From Clostridia bacterium (GTDB lineage: Bacteria > Bacillota > Clostridia > Christensenellales > UBA1242), in NCBI GenBank assembly GCA_017619495.1, contig JAFZSF010000013.1, positions 10,228 through 74,227 of the forward strand: 64,000 nt of DNA. The letters are read 5' to 3'. The translations under genes and the position numbers were made by a program. Below the pieces are notes generated by a model. It ran no database searches, was not told where the DNA came from, and was given only the letters and a program-made list of their open reading frames with translations. Of this stretch, positions 8,380 through 16,969 are shown in pieces. Each line of letters begins with the position of its first letter. Within the stretch, counting starts at the first letter, position 1.

Positions 8380-8408
8380 TTGCGCACTGAATTGGTCTGT
8401 GTTATGCT
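8380..8408 (+). promoter_or_regulatory. promoter of the 8416 gene, leaderless configuration
   Basis: TTGCGC, 17-nt spacer, TATGCT (8403-8408, preceded by TGt), then 7 nt to ATG 8416. Confidence 0.55.
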
Positions 8409-8415
8409 AAATTAA

Positions 8416-9564
8416 ATGAAAAACAAGGATTTGGTCTTTCCAGATTTTAAGCACAGTATTGTTAATCTTGCCGCCACCATGGCGGACTTTTTAGGACAAC
8501 CGACCCACCACGCAATATTACCCAAGTTGGCGAAAAAATTAAATCCAAGCTATAAAAACATTGTTTATTTAATCATTGACGCCATGGGCTCAAAAATTTT
8601 GGAAAAGAATTTACCTGCCGACAGTTTTTTCCGCACCCATCAAATTGATACAGTAACTTCAGTTTTCCCATCGACTACCGCCGCCGCCACAACTTCTTTA
8701 CAAAACGCGCTGACCCCGTCGGAACACGGTTGGTTCGCATGGTCGGTCGATTTCAATGGGGCAGTGATTGAACTTTTCCGTAACCGCAATTTTTACACGC
8801 ATGAACCGACCCAAGACCCTAATTTTGCGTACAACCATTTACCTTATAATAAATTTTTTGCCAATTTCAATGGTGAACGCCACATGTACAGTTGCTTTGC
8901 CAGCAATTTGTCTTCCAAAATTCACACTGAACACGAAGTTGAATTTAAGGGACTGTCCCAAATGTTCCGTCGTTTAAACGGCATATGTCAACAACCTGAC
9001 AAGAAATTTATTTATGCTTATTACGCTGATTTGGATAGTGTAATGCACAGTTATGGTACCACTGCCCATAAAACACAACGCCTGTTAAAAATAATTGAAA
9101 AGAAAACCGCGCGTTTAGCGCAACGCCACCCCGACACTTTGTTCGTGATTACTGCTGACCACGGCCAAGTTGATATTAAAGACTTCACTTATATCTGCGA
9201 CGATGCTGAACTGCAAGCATGTTTGGCGCACCCCATTTCCTTAGAACCCAGTGGTGCCAGTTTCAAAGTTAAACCCGATAAACACAAGGAATTCCGAACC
9301 GCCTTTCAAAAATACGCCGCGGATTACACCTTATATACAACCGATGAATTAATTAAAAAGGGCATTTTCGGCGACTTTACCATGCACCCTGATTATAAAA
9401 AATATTTAGGCGATTTTATCGCGATTGGCGGCACTACTAACAAAATGATGGTTTTTACCCCCGCGGAACAATACCACGGGAACCATTTATATCACGGCAT
9501 ACATACTGGTTTGACCGCTGACGAAATGTTAGTTCCTGTCATTGTGATAGCCGGAGGTAAATAA
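8416..9564 (+). CDS. alkaline-phosphatase-superfamily protein (type I phosphodiesterase/nucleotide pyrophosphatase-like)
   Basis: 382 aa. Metal-site-type motifs LIIDAMGS, VFPSTTAAATTS, DLDSVMHSYG, ITADHGQ. Confidence 0.65.
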   Translation: MKNKDLVFPDFKHSIVNLAATMADFLGQPTHHAILPKLAKKLNPSYKNIVYLIIDAMGSKILEKNLPADSFFRTHQIDTVTSVFPSTTAAATTSLQNALTPSEHGWFAWSVDFNGAVIELFRNRNFYTHEPTQDPNFAYNHLPYNKFFANFNGERHMYSCFASNLSSKIHTEHEVEFKGLSQMFRRLNGICQQPDKKFIYAYYADLDSVMHSYGTTAHKTQRLLKIIEKKTARLAQRHPDTLFVITADHGQVDIKDFTYICDDAELQACLAHPISLEPSGASFKVKPDKHKEFRTAFQKYAADYTLYTTDELIKKGIFGDFTMHPDYKKYLGDFIAIGGTTNKMMVFTPAEQYHGNHLYHGIHTGLTADEMLVPVIVIAGGK

Positions 9565-9565
9565 C

Positions 9566-10381
9566 ATGCCCGAATTACCCGAAGTTGAAACCGTGCGTAC
9601 CGTTTTAGCACCTTATCTTGTGGGACAGACTGTCCAGAAAGTAACCGTTAATTTACCCAAAGTCATTGCTAACCAAACCCCTGCGCAATTTTGCCAAAAC
9701 ATGACGGGGCAAACAATTAAAAATTTTACGCGTCGGGGCAAGTTTTTAACTATACATTTGCACAGTGGGGCGCGCGTAGTTTTACATCTGCGCATGACCG
9801 GCACCTTAACCATTGAAAAAGCGGAAACACCTTACACCAAACACACCCATGTAGTGTTAACTTTACTTAACCGCCAAGAGTTACGCTTCGTAGATTCCCG
9901 TGGTTTCGGGCGTTGGTGGTACTTTGCCCCCGACACCCCTGACACCAGTGGGGCAGAGCGCTTAGGGCCGGAACCACAAGCGATAACTTTGGCATATCTT
10001 CAACAAACCATTGGGCAGCGCCGTACAGCTTTAAAAACCTTGTTACTTGATCAACATATTATCGCGGGTATCGGCAACATTTACGCCGATGAAATCTGTT
10101 TTCGTGCGGGTATTCGTCCCACGCGTCAAGGGAACAGCCTAACTTCCGCCGAATTACAAGCCTTACAAACCCAAATCGTAGCGGTCATTACTGAGTTTAT
10201 CCAGTTTCACCATGTCCCATTCTCAGTTTACGCGCAATCCAAAGGTACCAGTTACCAAAATGATGCTAACTTACGCGTTTACGGACGCGCAGGGAAGCCA
10301 TGCCAAAAATGCGGGCAACCATTAATCGGTACCCGCATTGGACAACGCAGTTCAGTCTACTGTGCTCACTGCCAAAAATGA
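9566..10381 (+). CDS. mutM: formamidopyrimidine-DNA glycosylase
   Basis: N-terminal MPELPEVETV. H2TH region. C-terminal zinc finger CQKCGQPL...CAHCQK. Confidence 0.9.
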   Translation: MPELPEVETVRTVLAPYLVGQTVQKVTVNLPKVIANQTPAQFCQNMTGQTIKNFTRRGKFLTIHLHSGARVVLHLRMTGTLTIEKAETPYTKHTHVVLTLLNRQELRFVDSRGFGRWWYFAPDTPDTSGAERLGPEPQAITLAYLQQTIGQRRTALKTLLLDQHIIAGIGNIYADEICFRAGIRPTRQGNSLTSAELQALQTQIVAVITEFIQFHHVPFSVYAQSKGTSYQNDANLRVYGRAGKPCQKCGQPLIGTRIGQRSSVYCAHCQK

Positions 10382-11293
10382 TTAAGCTTTTTTATGCATA
10401 ATTTTATTATAGAGGTTATGCACAAATGACGGTTTTTTATTATCTGCATCGGTGACAGTGTTGTTTTTATCTTGGGGTTGTTCAAAGAAGGCTAAGCCAA
10501 CCGCCCCCGGACCGCCATGGGCACCGACAATGGGTCCAATTTCGCGCTTTTCCGCGAAATCAAAAGTGAAAACTTGCTTAAAATCTTCGGCTTTTTCGCT
10601 GGCATGAATGTGACCGTAATAAATTGGCATCGTCAAATCTATATTTTTGGTAAAATTCAACATTTTACGCTTGGCCATGTTGTAACCAATCCCCGAGCCA
10701 ACCATACGCAACTTAGTATCGACCACACCAATAATTGGCTTAACATGCAAAGTTCCTGCTAATAAGCCTTTCACAAAACTAATGCGTCCACCTTTGACCA
10801 AATATTTAACCGTGTCCGCAATAAAATAAATGCGCACGCGTTCGCGTAAAATTTCCATTTGTTGCACTAATTCTGCCAAAGTTACACCCGTTTGAATCAG
10901 TTTGCGGGCCTCCATGACTAACGCATAATAGCCCAAAGTGAAAGTGCGCGTATCAAAAATCGCCAAGTGTTCCGAATCTAACTCTTTCGCCGCTTGGGTT
11001 AAACTGTTAAAAGTGCCAGACAAACCACTAGATACTGACATCACAAAAACATCATCACCTGCATCCAAAATTGGCTTAATCACTTCCATGTAATCATGCG
11101 TGTTGATTTGCATCGTCTTCGGCATTTCTTTGGCTTTGGCTAACAAAGCATAAAAAGTGTCATTGTCTAAATTTTTTCCCGCCAAGTATTCTTGACCATC
11201 AATCATCATACGCATCGGCATGGAAACAATCCCCAACTTTTCCGCTTCAGCAGTGCCCATTTCACAAGTACAGTCAATAATCAACTTTATCAT
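10382..11293 (-). CDS. DegV family fatty-acid-binding protein
   Basis: 303 aa. IKLIIDCTCEM..., VMSVSSGLSGT and GPGAVGLAFF patterns are typical of DegV. Confidence 0.8.
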   Translation of the reverse strand: MIKLIIDCTCEMGTAEAEKLGIVSMPMRMMIDGQEYLAGKNLDNDTFYALLAKAKEMPKTMQINTHDYMEVIKPILDAGDDVFVMSVSSGLSGTFNSLTQAAKELDSEHLAIFDTRTFTLGYYALVMEARKLIQTGVTLAELVQQMEILRERVRIYFIADTVKYLVKGGRISFVKGLLAGTLHVKPIIGVVDTKLRMVGSGIGYNMAKRKMLNFTKNIDLTMPIYYGHIHASEKAEDFKQVFTFDFAEKREIGPIVGAHGGPGAVGLAFFEQPQDKNNTVTDADNKKPSFVHNLYNKIMHKKA

Positions 11294-11298
11294 ATTCT

Positions 11299-11304
11299 AT
11301 TTTA
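11299..11304 (-). promoter_or_regulatory. -10 box of degV, leaderless configuration
   Basis: Minus strand TGaTAAAAT, then 5 nt to ATG 11293. Confidence 0.4.
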
Positions 11305-11427
11305 TCATTATCAACTTAAAAAATGCTAACGAAATTTAACTTCGGATTTTAATCTCGCATTTAATACTTGGGTTAGTATATTTTATGTGTACTAAAACTT
11401 TTCACTATTCATTATTCACTATTCACC

Positions 11428-11454
11428 AAAAAAGACGCTGTGATAGCGTCTTTT
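11428..11454 (-). terminator. terminator downstream of tRNA-Ala
   Basis: AAGACGCT/AGCGTCTT hairpin with a T-run on the minus strand. Confidence 0.7.
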
Positions 11455-11462
11455 AATACGTC

Positions 11463-11538
11463 TGGTGGAGGTGAGCGGATTTGAACCGCTGACCCCCTGC
11501 TTGCAGGGCAGGTGCTCTAGCCACTGAGCTACACCCCC
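11463..11538 (-). tRNA. tRNA-Ala (anticodon UGC), CCA encoded
   Basis: Manual cloverleaf: acceptor GGGGGTG/CACCTCC with a G3:U70 pair. Anticodon arm CCTGC-CCTGCAA-GCAGG. T-arm AGCGG-TTCAAAT-CCGCT. Position 33 is C. Confidence 0.8.
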
Positions 11539-11614
11539 ACGAACAAAAAATATTTTATAAAAAGTGTAGCCATTTGTCAAGGATTATGTTATAATACAAT
11601 TATTCACAGATAAC

Positions 11615-11691
11615 GCACCGCTAGCTCAGCTGGATAGAGCGTCTGTCTACGGAACAGAAGGTCGAGCGTTCGAATCGCCCGCGGTGCACCA
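11615..11691 (+). tRNA. tRNA-Arg (anticodon ACG), CCA encoded
   Basis: Acceptor GCACCGC/GCGGTGC. Anticodon arm TCTGT-CTACGGA-ACAGA. TTCGAAT T-loop. Confidence 0.85.
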
Positions 11692-11888
11692 CAGGTAAAT
11701 AAATACGAACGGAAAATTTGCAACAACTGGCGTATTTTATGCCAGAAATTTTTGTTTTTTATTAATCAGGTGGGGTGTTTTTTTATTTGTTATAATATAA
11801 AACAAATACTGCTACTGTTTACTTGAATCTAAACTATGAGAAGGATTGGTAAAAAAATAATTATATGATAAAATAACTTGAGGGAAAA

Positions 11889-14150
11889 TTGAAAATTAAA
11901 AAAAGTTTTCTAATTTTAGCATTAACTGCATCTTTTATTCTGATTTTTTCACTAATTATTGGTGTATTAGTTAGTCACAAAAACGACTTACAATTAACAG
12001 TGACTGACCAGAATGTGACTTTTGAAAGAGTAATTATGCAAACCGAGGAGCAATGTCAATTAGAAACCAACGGAGCAGGTTGCCAATGGCCAGTATCGTT
12101 AGAAAGTTCACGAGATGGCAGTTTAATGTTATACGGAATTGATGTTGCCGGACTGTACAAGTCAACCGACCATGGTGAAACTTGGAATATGGCAAATAGC
12201 GGGATGAAGTCGCGCGGAGTGGGAATGTTCGCGATTGATCCATTTAACCCGCAACATGTTTTAGCATTAGGTCTAGGTACCATCGTTGGGGCTATGCATG
12301 TTAGTTATGATGGCGCTACAACTTGGAAAAAAACCGAATTTAGTCTGAAATCATCTGGCGCACGCTATTTATGGGATGGACTCGAATTTGACCCTACTTC
12401 TTATGATACCAGTACAAATACCACCAAAGATGTTTATTTTTCGACCCCATATCAGCGTGATACAGGTATTAGAAAAACACCATACAATCAACCACAAACT
12501 AATTCACCACTAACTGCCGACAAAGTCGGTTTATACAAATCAATTGACGGTGGTGAAAATTTTACCTTGGTTATTAATGACGCTAGATTGGCTGACGGAA
12601 TCGTAAAAATTACCGATAACGGTACAATTTATGTAGGGAGTCAACATGGCTTATTTTTAATTGATGGTAAAACTCTTACAATCAAAAATATTTATCTTGA
12701 AAACGATGCCGTGGCTAATTATGCAAAAGGTGTGACTGGGTTGGCTGTTGTTGCTAATCAAGTTTATGTACAAACCTGGGATGGTATTTTTCGATTAGAG
12801 AATGAAACTTTGTTAAAAATTACAAATAGTAACTATCCGAACCAATGGCCACAATTTCTGACTGTATCATCCAGCAATCCGAATCATATGGTTTACCAAG
12901 TGCGTAAGGATGTAAACAATTATTATGTGAATAATACAGTTGTTTCATTTGATGGAGGACAAACTTGGCAAGTTGCTACCAATGAGAAAGACTCTTTATT
13001 TTTTCGCTCTAGTTGGATTGCAAGAGAAAAATTATATGTGATAGACCCCACCGATGATAACAATGTAATTACCTTTGGCAGTGATGACTTAGTGCGTAGC
13101 ACTGATGGTGGTTTAACTTTCCAACAAACGCAAGGTATTTCTAACATGATGCAAGGCGGACGTTTTAATTTTAATTATTACAATCCGGATTTATTATTAT
13201 TTTCGGCACAAGATTATACCGGAGTAATTTCAACCAATGGTGGAAAAACTTACCGTGCGCTGAAAATACCTGATAAAGGAAATTTTTACGGTGGCTTTGC
13301 CGCAGACGAAAATACAATTTTCGGCTTTGCTAACAAAAGTTGGAACGGCGGTACTTTAACTTATACGCATGATGGTGGCCAAAACTGGATTGACACTGGT
13401 TACAGTGTATCTGGTGTACCTAAATCAACTTATTATTCTTCACTCCAATCACCAACTAATCCACAGGTATTATTTGCTGCCGAATACTACTCCAAGGATT
13501 ATGGTTATACTTGGCAAGCCATGCAAGGTTGTGTTAGTGTCTTTACTTTTAATTATACAGGGAAAAAAGAACTTTATGGTGCCAATAGTGATGGTAATAT
13601 TGTTATATCCTATGATAATGGCGATACTTGGCAAATTGTTTCTCATGAACAATGGAATAAATCAAAACATTTACAAAAACAAACCATTTTAGATTTAGCG
13701 TATGACCATGTACACAACTATGTGTATATTGTTCTGCAATCAATTATTACTAATCCTAACGATGATAGTAAACCATACACGGTTGAAGAAATTTACCGTT
13801 ATGATTTAACCCACCATGTGGCAACCAAATTAAATATTCCAGTGGATAAAAGTGGTACCATGCGTCAAAAATCGGTAGCCGTTGACCCAAACGCACCTTC
13901 TGTAGTTTACATTGGTGGTGCTGGCGATTATTTTTCCAGCGACACTGCTTTATTACGCAGTATCGACAGTGGTGAAAATTGGAGTGTTTTAACAACTAAC
14001 AATTCTCAGTATCCAGTTAAAGCCACCAACCAAGGTGGTTATGAAGTAGCAACTGTCCGTGTCAATCCACGAAACGGACGCGTCTGGATTGCTTGCGGTT
14101 GCTATGGTTATGAAACATTTAACCCGCCATATGTTTTTCCAGTACGGTAA
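11889..14150 (+). CDS. membrane-anchored BNR/Asp-box repeat beta-propeller protein (GH74/sialidase-like fold)
   Basis: 753 aa. TTG start with GAGGG upstream. N-terminal TM helix. Ten S-x-D-x-G-x-T-W-type boxes (STDHGETW, SYDGATTW, SIDGGENF, SFDGGQTW, STDGGLTF, STNGGKTY, THDGGQNW, SKDYGYTW, SYDNGDTW, SIDSGENW). Confidence 0.7.
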   Translation: MKIKKSFLILALTASFILIFSLIIGVLVSHKNDLQLTVTDQNVTFERVIMQTEEQCQLETNGAGCQWPVSLESSRDGSLMLYGIDVAGLYKSTDHGETWNMANSGMKSRGVGMFAIDPFNPQHVLALGLGTIVGAMHVSYDGATTWKKTEFSLKSSGARYLWDGLEFDPTSYDTSTNTTKDVYFSTPYQRDTGIRKTPYNQPQTNSPLTADKVGLYKSIDGGENFTLVINDARLADGIVKITDNGTIYVGSQHGLFLIDGKTLTIKNIYLENDAVANYAKGVTGLAVVANQVYVQTWDGIFRLENETLLKITNSNYPNQWPQFLTVSSSNPNHMVYQVRKDVNNYYVNNTVVSFDGGQTWQVATNEKDSLFFRSSWIAREKLYVIDPTDDNNVITFGSDDLVRSTDGGLTFQQTQGISNMMQGGRFNFNYYNPDLLLFSAQDYTGVISTNGGKTYRALKIPDKGNFYGGFAADENTIFGFANKSWNGGTLTYTHDGGQNWIDTGYSVSGVPKSTYYSSLQSPTNPQVLFAAEYYSKDYGYTWQAMQGCVSVFTFNYTGKKELYGANSDGNIVISYDNGDTWQIVSHEQWNKSKHLQKQTILDLAYDHVHNYVYIVLQSIITNPNDDSKPYTVEEIYRYDLTHHVATKLNIPVDKSGTMRQKSVAVDPNAPSVVYIGGAGDYFSSDTALLRSIDSGENWSVLTTNNSQYPVKATNQGGYEVATVRVNPRNGRVWIACGCYGYETFNPPYVFPVR

Positions 14151-14208
14151 ATTTAAATAAATAAAAGCCACTTTTAAATTTATTTGACCAAATATTTTTT
14201 TAACTACC

Positions 14209-14237
14209 TTGAAATATCTAAATTAGATTGTTATAAT
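14209..14237 (+). promoter_or_regulatory. promoter of the 14245 gene, leaderless configuration
   Basis: TTGAAA, 17-nt spacer, TGtTATAAT (14232-14237), then 7 nt to ATG 14245. The track start 14239 is only 1 nt from the -10. Confidence 0.55.
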
Positions 14238-14244
14238 AATGGTT

Positions 14245-15294
14245 ATGGGATTCGCAACTGACTATTTACAATCAAACACCATGTCACAAGATTTAAACCA
14301 AATTACCAATATCGAACAAACAAGTAATTTGGAATTTTTCAACCAAGAAATAATTTGCGCTATGTTGCGTTGGCAACAGTGGTTTGAAAACCCATTTGTT
14401 GATCATAAAATGGTTAAAATGCAACCAATTACCAAAGATGTTTTTAACCAATATCGTCAAGCGGTTTTAGCTATTTTACAACAAAAGGATATTGACGAAG
14501 CCAGTTTGCGCCCACTAATGGACCAATTACTTTTAAATCAAGCCCAAACCTTATTGGCATCTGGTAATGATTATAACCAACGCCTCGCTACTTTAATGAC
14601 AATGGGGGCTTGTGAGTACCACGGCTTTAACAGTTATTTTACCACTAGTATTCAAACCCATGGTCTGGACAGCCGTTTTCAAAATAATCCCCATATCGAA
14701 CCGATTTATCGTATTTTCAAACGCGTTGGAGCCGATACCCAAGTAGCGCGTTTTAAAAATGACCAACAAATATATGTTACACCCAACCCGCGTGTTGCTT
14801 ACTTACATTCTAAGATAACCCCAAAATGGTTTTGTTACTTTAATGATAAAACTTGTCCCGCTTATATTAACCATGATTACGATGCCGCTCAAAAAAATTT
14901 ATTTAATTTTAACGGCCACGAAAAATTAACCAGTGAAGAACGCACCATGATCACAACTTTTTACAATCAATGGTGGCATCGATTAGTGACACCTAATAAT
15001 CAAAAAATTGCCGTCATGCCAATGTTCCGTGACCCGAAAGTTTTGCAATCTAAAATAAAATTCAACCAAATTTATTTAGAAAAAATGGGAGCAGAAGCTT
15101 TACTTAAAGGTACTATGTATTTAACCTATGAAAATATCTACCAACAACCGATCGCACCCGAATTAATCCATATTATTGATTTACCTAACCAAATTACGCA
15201 TACACAAAAATTATCCCAAATCCAGAACACTTTTTCCACAGCAGACTTAAAAACTGATTCACAAACTGATAAGTCGCAATTAACCTCCGCATAA
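14245..15294 (+). CDS. hypothetical protein (349 aa, soluble, no recognised motif)
   Basis: Long ORF. Start chosen from promoter geometry (alternative is 14239). AT-rich. No family recognised. Confidence 0.6.
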   Translation: MGFATDYLQSNTMSQDLNQITNIEQTSNLEFFNQEIICAMLRWQQWFENPFVDHKMVKMQPITKDVFNQYRQAVLAILQQKDIDEASLRPLMDQLLLNQAQTLLASGNDYNQRLATLMTMGACEYHGFNSYFTTSIQTHGLDSRFQNNPHIEPIYRIFKRVGADTQVARFKNDQQIYVTPNPRVAYLHSKITPKWFCYFNDKTCPAYINHDYDAAQKNLFNFNGHEKLTSEERTMITTFYNQWWHRLVTPNNQKIAVMPMFRDPKVLQSKIKFNQIYLEKMGAEALLKGTMYLTYENIYQQPIAPELIHIIDLPNQITHTQKLSQIQNTFSTADLKTDSQTDKSQLTSA

Positions 15295-15331
15295 TTTTTA
15301 TCATCAGTTGAATTAATCAGAGTAGGGCAAT

Positions 15332-15363
15332 AAAAAAGCACCCGCGGTTACGAGTGCTTTTGT
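15332..15363. terminator. bidirectional terminator between the 14245 gene and pyk
   Basis: AAAAGCACCCG/CGAGTGCTTTT hairpin with an A-run and a T-run. Confidence 0.7.
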
Positions 15364-15383
15364 TTTACTGCGTTGTGAACGGC

Positions 15384-16406
15384 TTATTTACCGTATTTAT
15401 TGCGCCAAGCTTCGTTGGTAATTTTACGCATGTATTTAATAGTTTCAACCGGATAGTTACCCATTGCGGTTTCTTCCGAAGTCATTACCGCGTCAGCACC
15501 ATCCATAACTGCGTTATAAACATCTGATACTTCGGCACGACTGGGGCGTGGTTTTTCACACATGTTCAACATCATTTCAGTTGCAACAATGACAAATTTC
15601 TTTTCTTTATTGGCAATTTTAACCATTTCTTTTTGAATAGTTGGTAAAATTTCCAACGGATTGTTATCACCCAAACCACCACGCGCAACCATAACACCAT
15701 CGGCTTCTTTAATAATGGCTTTCATGTTTTTAACACCTTCGGCACTTTCAATTTTGGCAATAACTGGAATATTACCAACAATTTTACGCAATTCGCGCAA
15801 ATCTTCAACTTTATTCAAGAATGAAGCCATAATTAAGTCAACTTTTTGTTCAACACCATATTTTAAGTCTTCAATATCAGCTGGGCTTAAGAATGGTAAT
15901 TTAACATCTACGCCAGGGAAGTTGACGCATTTATGGTTTGCCAATTTACCACCAACTTCAATTTCAACAACAATTTCTTTACCTTTAATTTCTTTAACTT
16001 TACCAAGTACTAAACCACTACAAAATGAAACTGGATCGCCAGCTTTCAAATCTTGGTATAAGTTGCGGTAAGTAACTGAAATACCTTTTTGGTTACCTAC
16101 ATGGTCTTCACAGAACAAGGAGAATAAATCTCCTTCTTTAACCATAATTGAACCTTTTTCAAAATCGCCTAAGCGAATATCTGGTCCTTTAGTATCCAAT
16201 GCAATTTTTACATTGTAACCGTATTCCTTGTTTAATTCGCGAACCAAAGCGAATTTGCGTCCATGTTCTTCATGGGTGCCATGGCTGAAATTGCAACGCG
16301 CAATACTCATACCGGCATCGATTAAACCTTTCAAGGTTTTTTTGTTTTCACTTGCTGGACCAATGGTGCAAATGATTTTAATTTCCTTTTTATGTGTACT
16401 TTCCAT
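15384..16406 (-). CDS. pyk: pyruvate kinase, short form lacking the C-terminal domain
   Basis: 340 aa. KIICTIGPAS, NFSHG, DTKGPDIR, IAKIES, SEETAMGNYP. Ends right after the A-domain. Confidence 0.8.
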   Translation of the reverse strand: MESTHKKEIKIICTIGPASENKKTLKGLIDAGMSIARCNFSHGTHEEHGRKFALVRELNKEYGYNVKIALDTKGPDIRLGDFEKGSIMVKEGDLFSLFCEDHVGNQKGISVTYRNLYQDLKAGDPVSFCSGLVLGKVKEIKGKEIVVEIEVGGKLANHKCVNFPGVDVKLPFLSPADIEDLKYGVEQKVDLIMASFLNKVEDLRELRKIVGNIPVIAKIESAEGVKNMKAIIKEADGVMVARGGLGDNNPLEILPTIQKEMVKIANKEKKFVIVATEMMLNMCEKPRPSRAEVSDVYNAVMDGADAVMTSEETAMGNYPVETIKYMRKITNEAWRNKYGK

Positions 16407-16414
16407 AAAGCCTA

Positions 16415-16969
16415 TTATGAAATAATTTGGATAATTTTGTCAATCGTTTTCTCTAAGTCGTTATTGATTAAAACATAATCATAGTACTTAGCATCTAAAA
16501 TACATTGGTCATAATCTTTCAGTCTTCGTTCAATATCTTCTGGTTTATCGCCACGACCGCGTAAACGGCGTTCAATTTCGTTTTTATCTGCCGTAACAAA
16601 AATCGTTATCACATTATTAAAACGCGATTTTAACGCCCTAACACCGACAATATCGCAATCTTTTAACGGAATTTTGTTAGCGTTAAATAATTCCAAAATA
16701 TAGCGTTCACTCATACCGCGTTTTTCGCCATGGCGCATAGTGTGTTCAAAAATATCACCGGCTTCCACCATACGGTCAAATTCTTCGTTAGTCACAAAAT
16801 GGTAAGGGTTACCTTCGCTTTCATGGGGGCGCATCGCACGGGTGGCGACCGAGACTAATTTACCAAAGCGGTCAGGGTAGCGTTGCATTAAAGTTTTAAT
16901 AATGGTATCTTTACCCGCACCGCTGGGACCTTCAATCACAACAATGCGGTTAGCTGTTGTTTTTTCCAT
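16415..16969 (-). CDS. gmk: guanylate kinase
   Basis: 184 aa. P-loop GPSGAGKDT. Guanylate-kinase-like TRAMRPHESEGNPYHFV. Confidence 0.85.
   Translation of the reverse strand: MEKTTANRIVVIEGPSGAGKDTIIKTLMQRYPDRFGKLVSVATRAMRPHESEGNPYHFVTNEEFDRMVEAGDIFEHTMRHGEKRGMSERYILELFNANKIPLKDCDIVGVRALKSRFNNVITIFVTADKNEIERRLRGRGDKPEDIERRLKDYDQCILDAKYYDYVLINNDLEKTIDKIIQIIS

Noticed and set aside
8416-9564. The alkaline-phosphatase-superfamily protein as a PglZ-type defence (BREX) component.
   Set aside because: There are no BREX partners (methyltransferase, BrxC ATPase, BrxL) nearby, and it is flanked by mutM and a membrane protein. The motifs are generic to the AP superfamily.
11401-11425. Short tandem repeat TTCACTATTCA (x2, 14-nt period) between degV and the tRNA-Ala terminator.
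   Set aside because: There are only two short AT-rich copies more than 100 bp from any start. No palindromy or partner site was seen, so it is likely fortuitous.
11463-11538. Reading the anticodon loop CCUGCAA as anticodon GCA (tRNA-Cys with alanine identity, that is, a recoding tRNA).
   Set aside because: With the 5-bp stem CCTGC/GCAGG, the canonical positions 34-36 are UGC. A shifted register breaks the stem. G3:U70 plus UGC is simply tRNA-Ala.
11692-15383. Genomic island integrated at tRNA-Arg.
   Set aside because: There is no integrase or recombinase, and no direct repeat of the tRNA 3' end. Only the 8-mer CCCGCGGT is shared with the terminator at 15341-15348. I keep it as 'possibly accessory' only.
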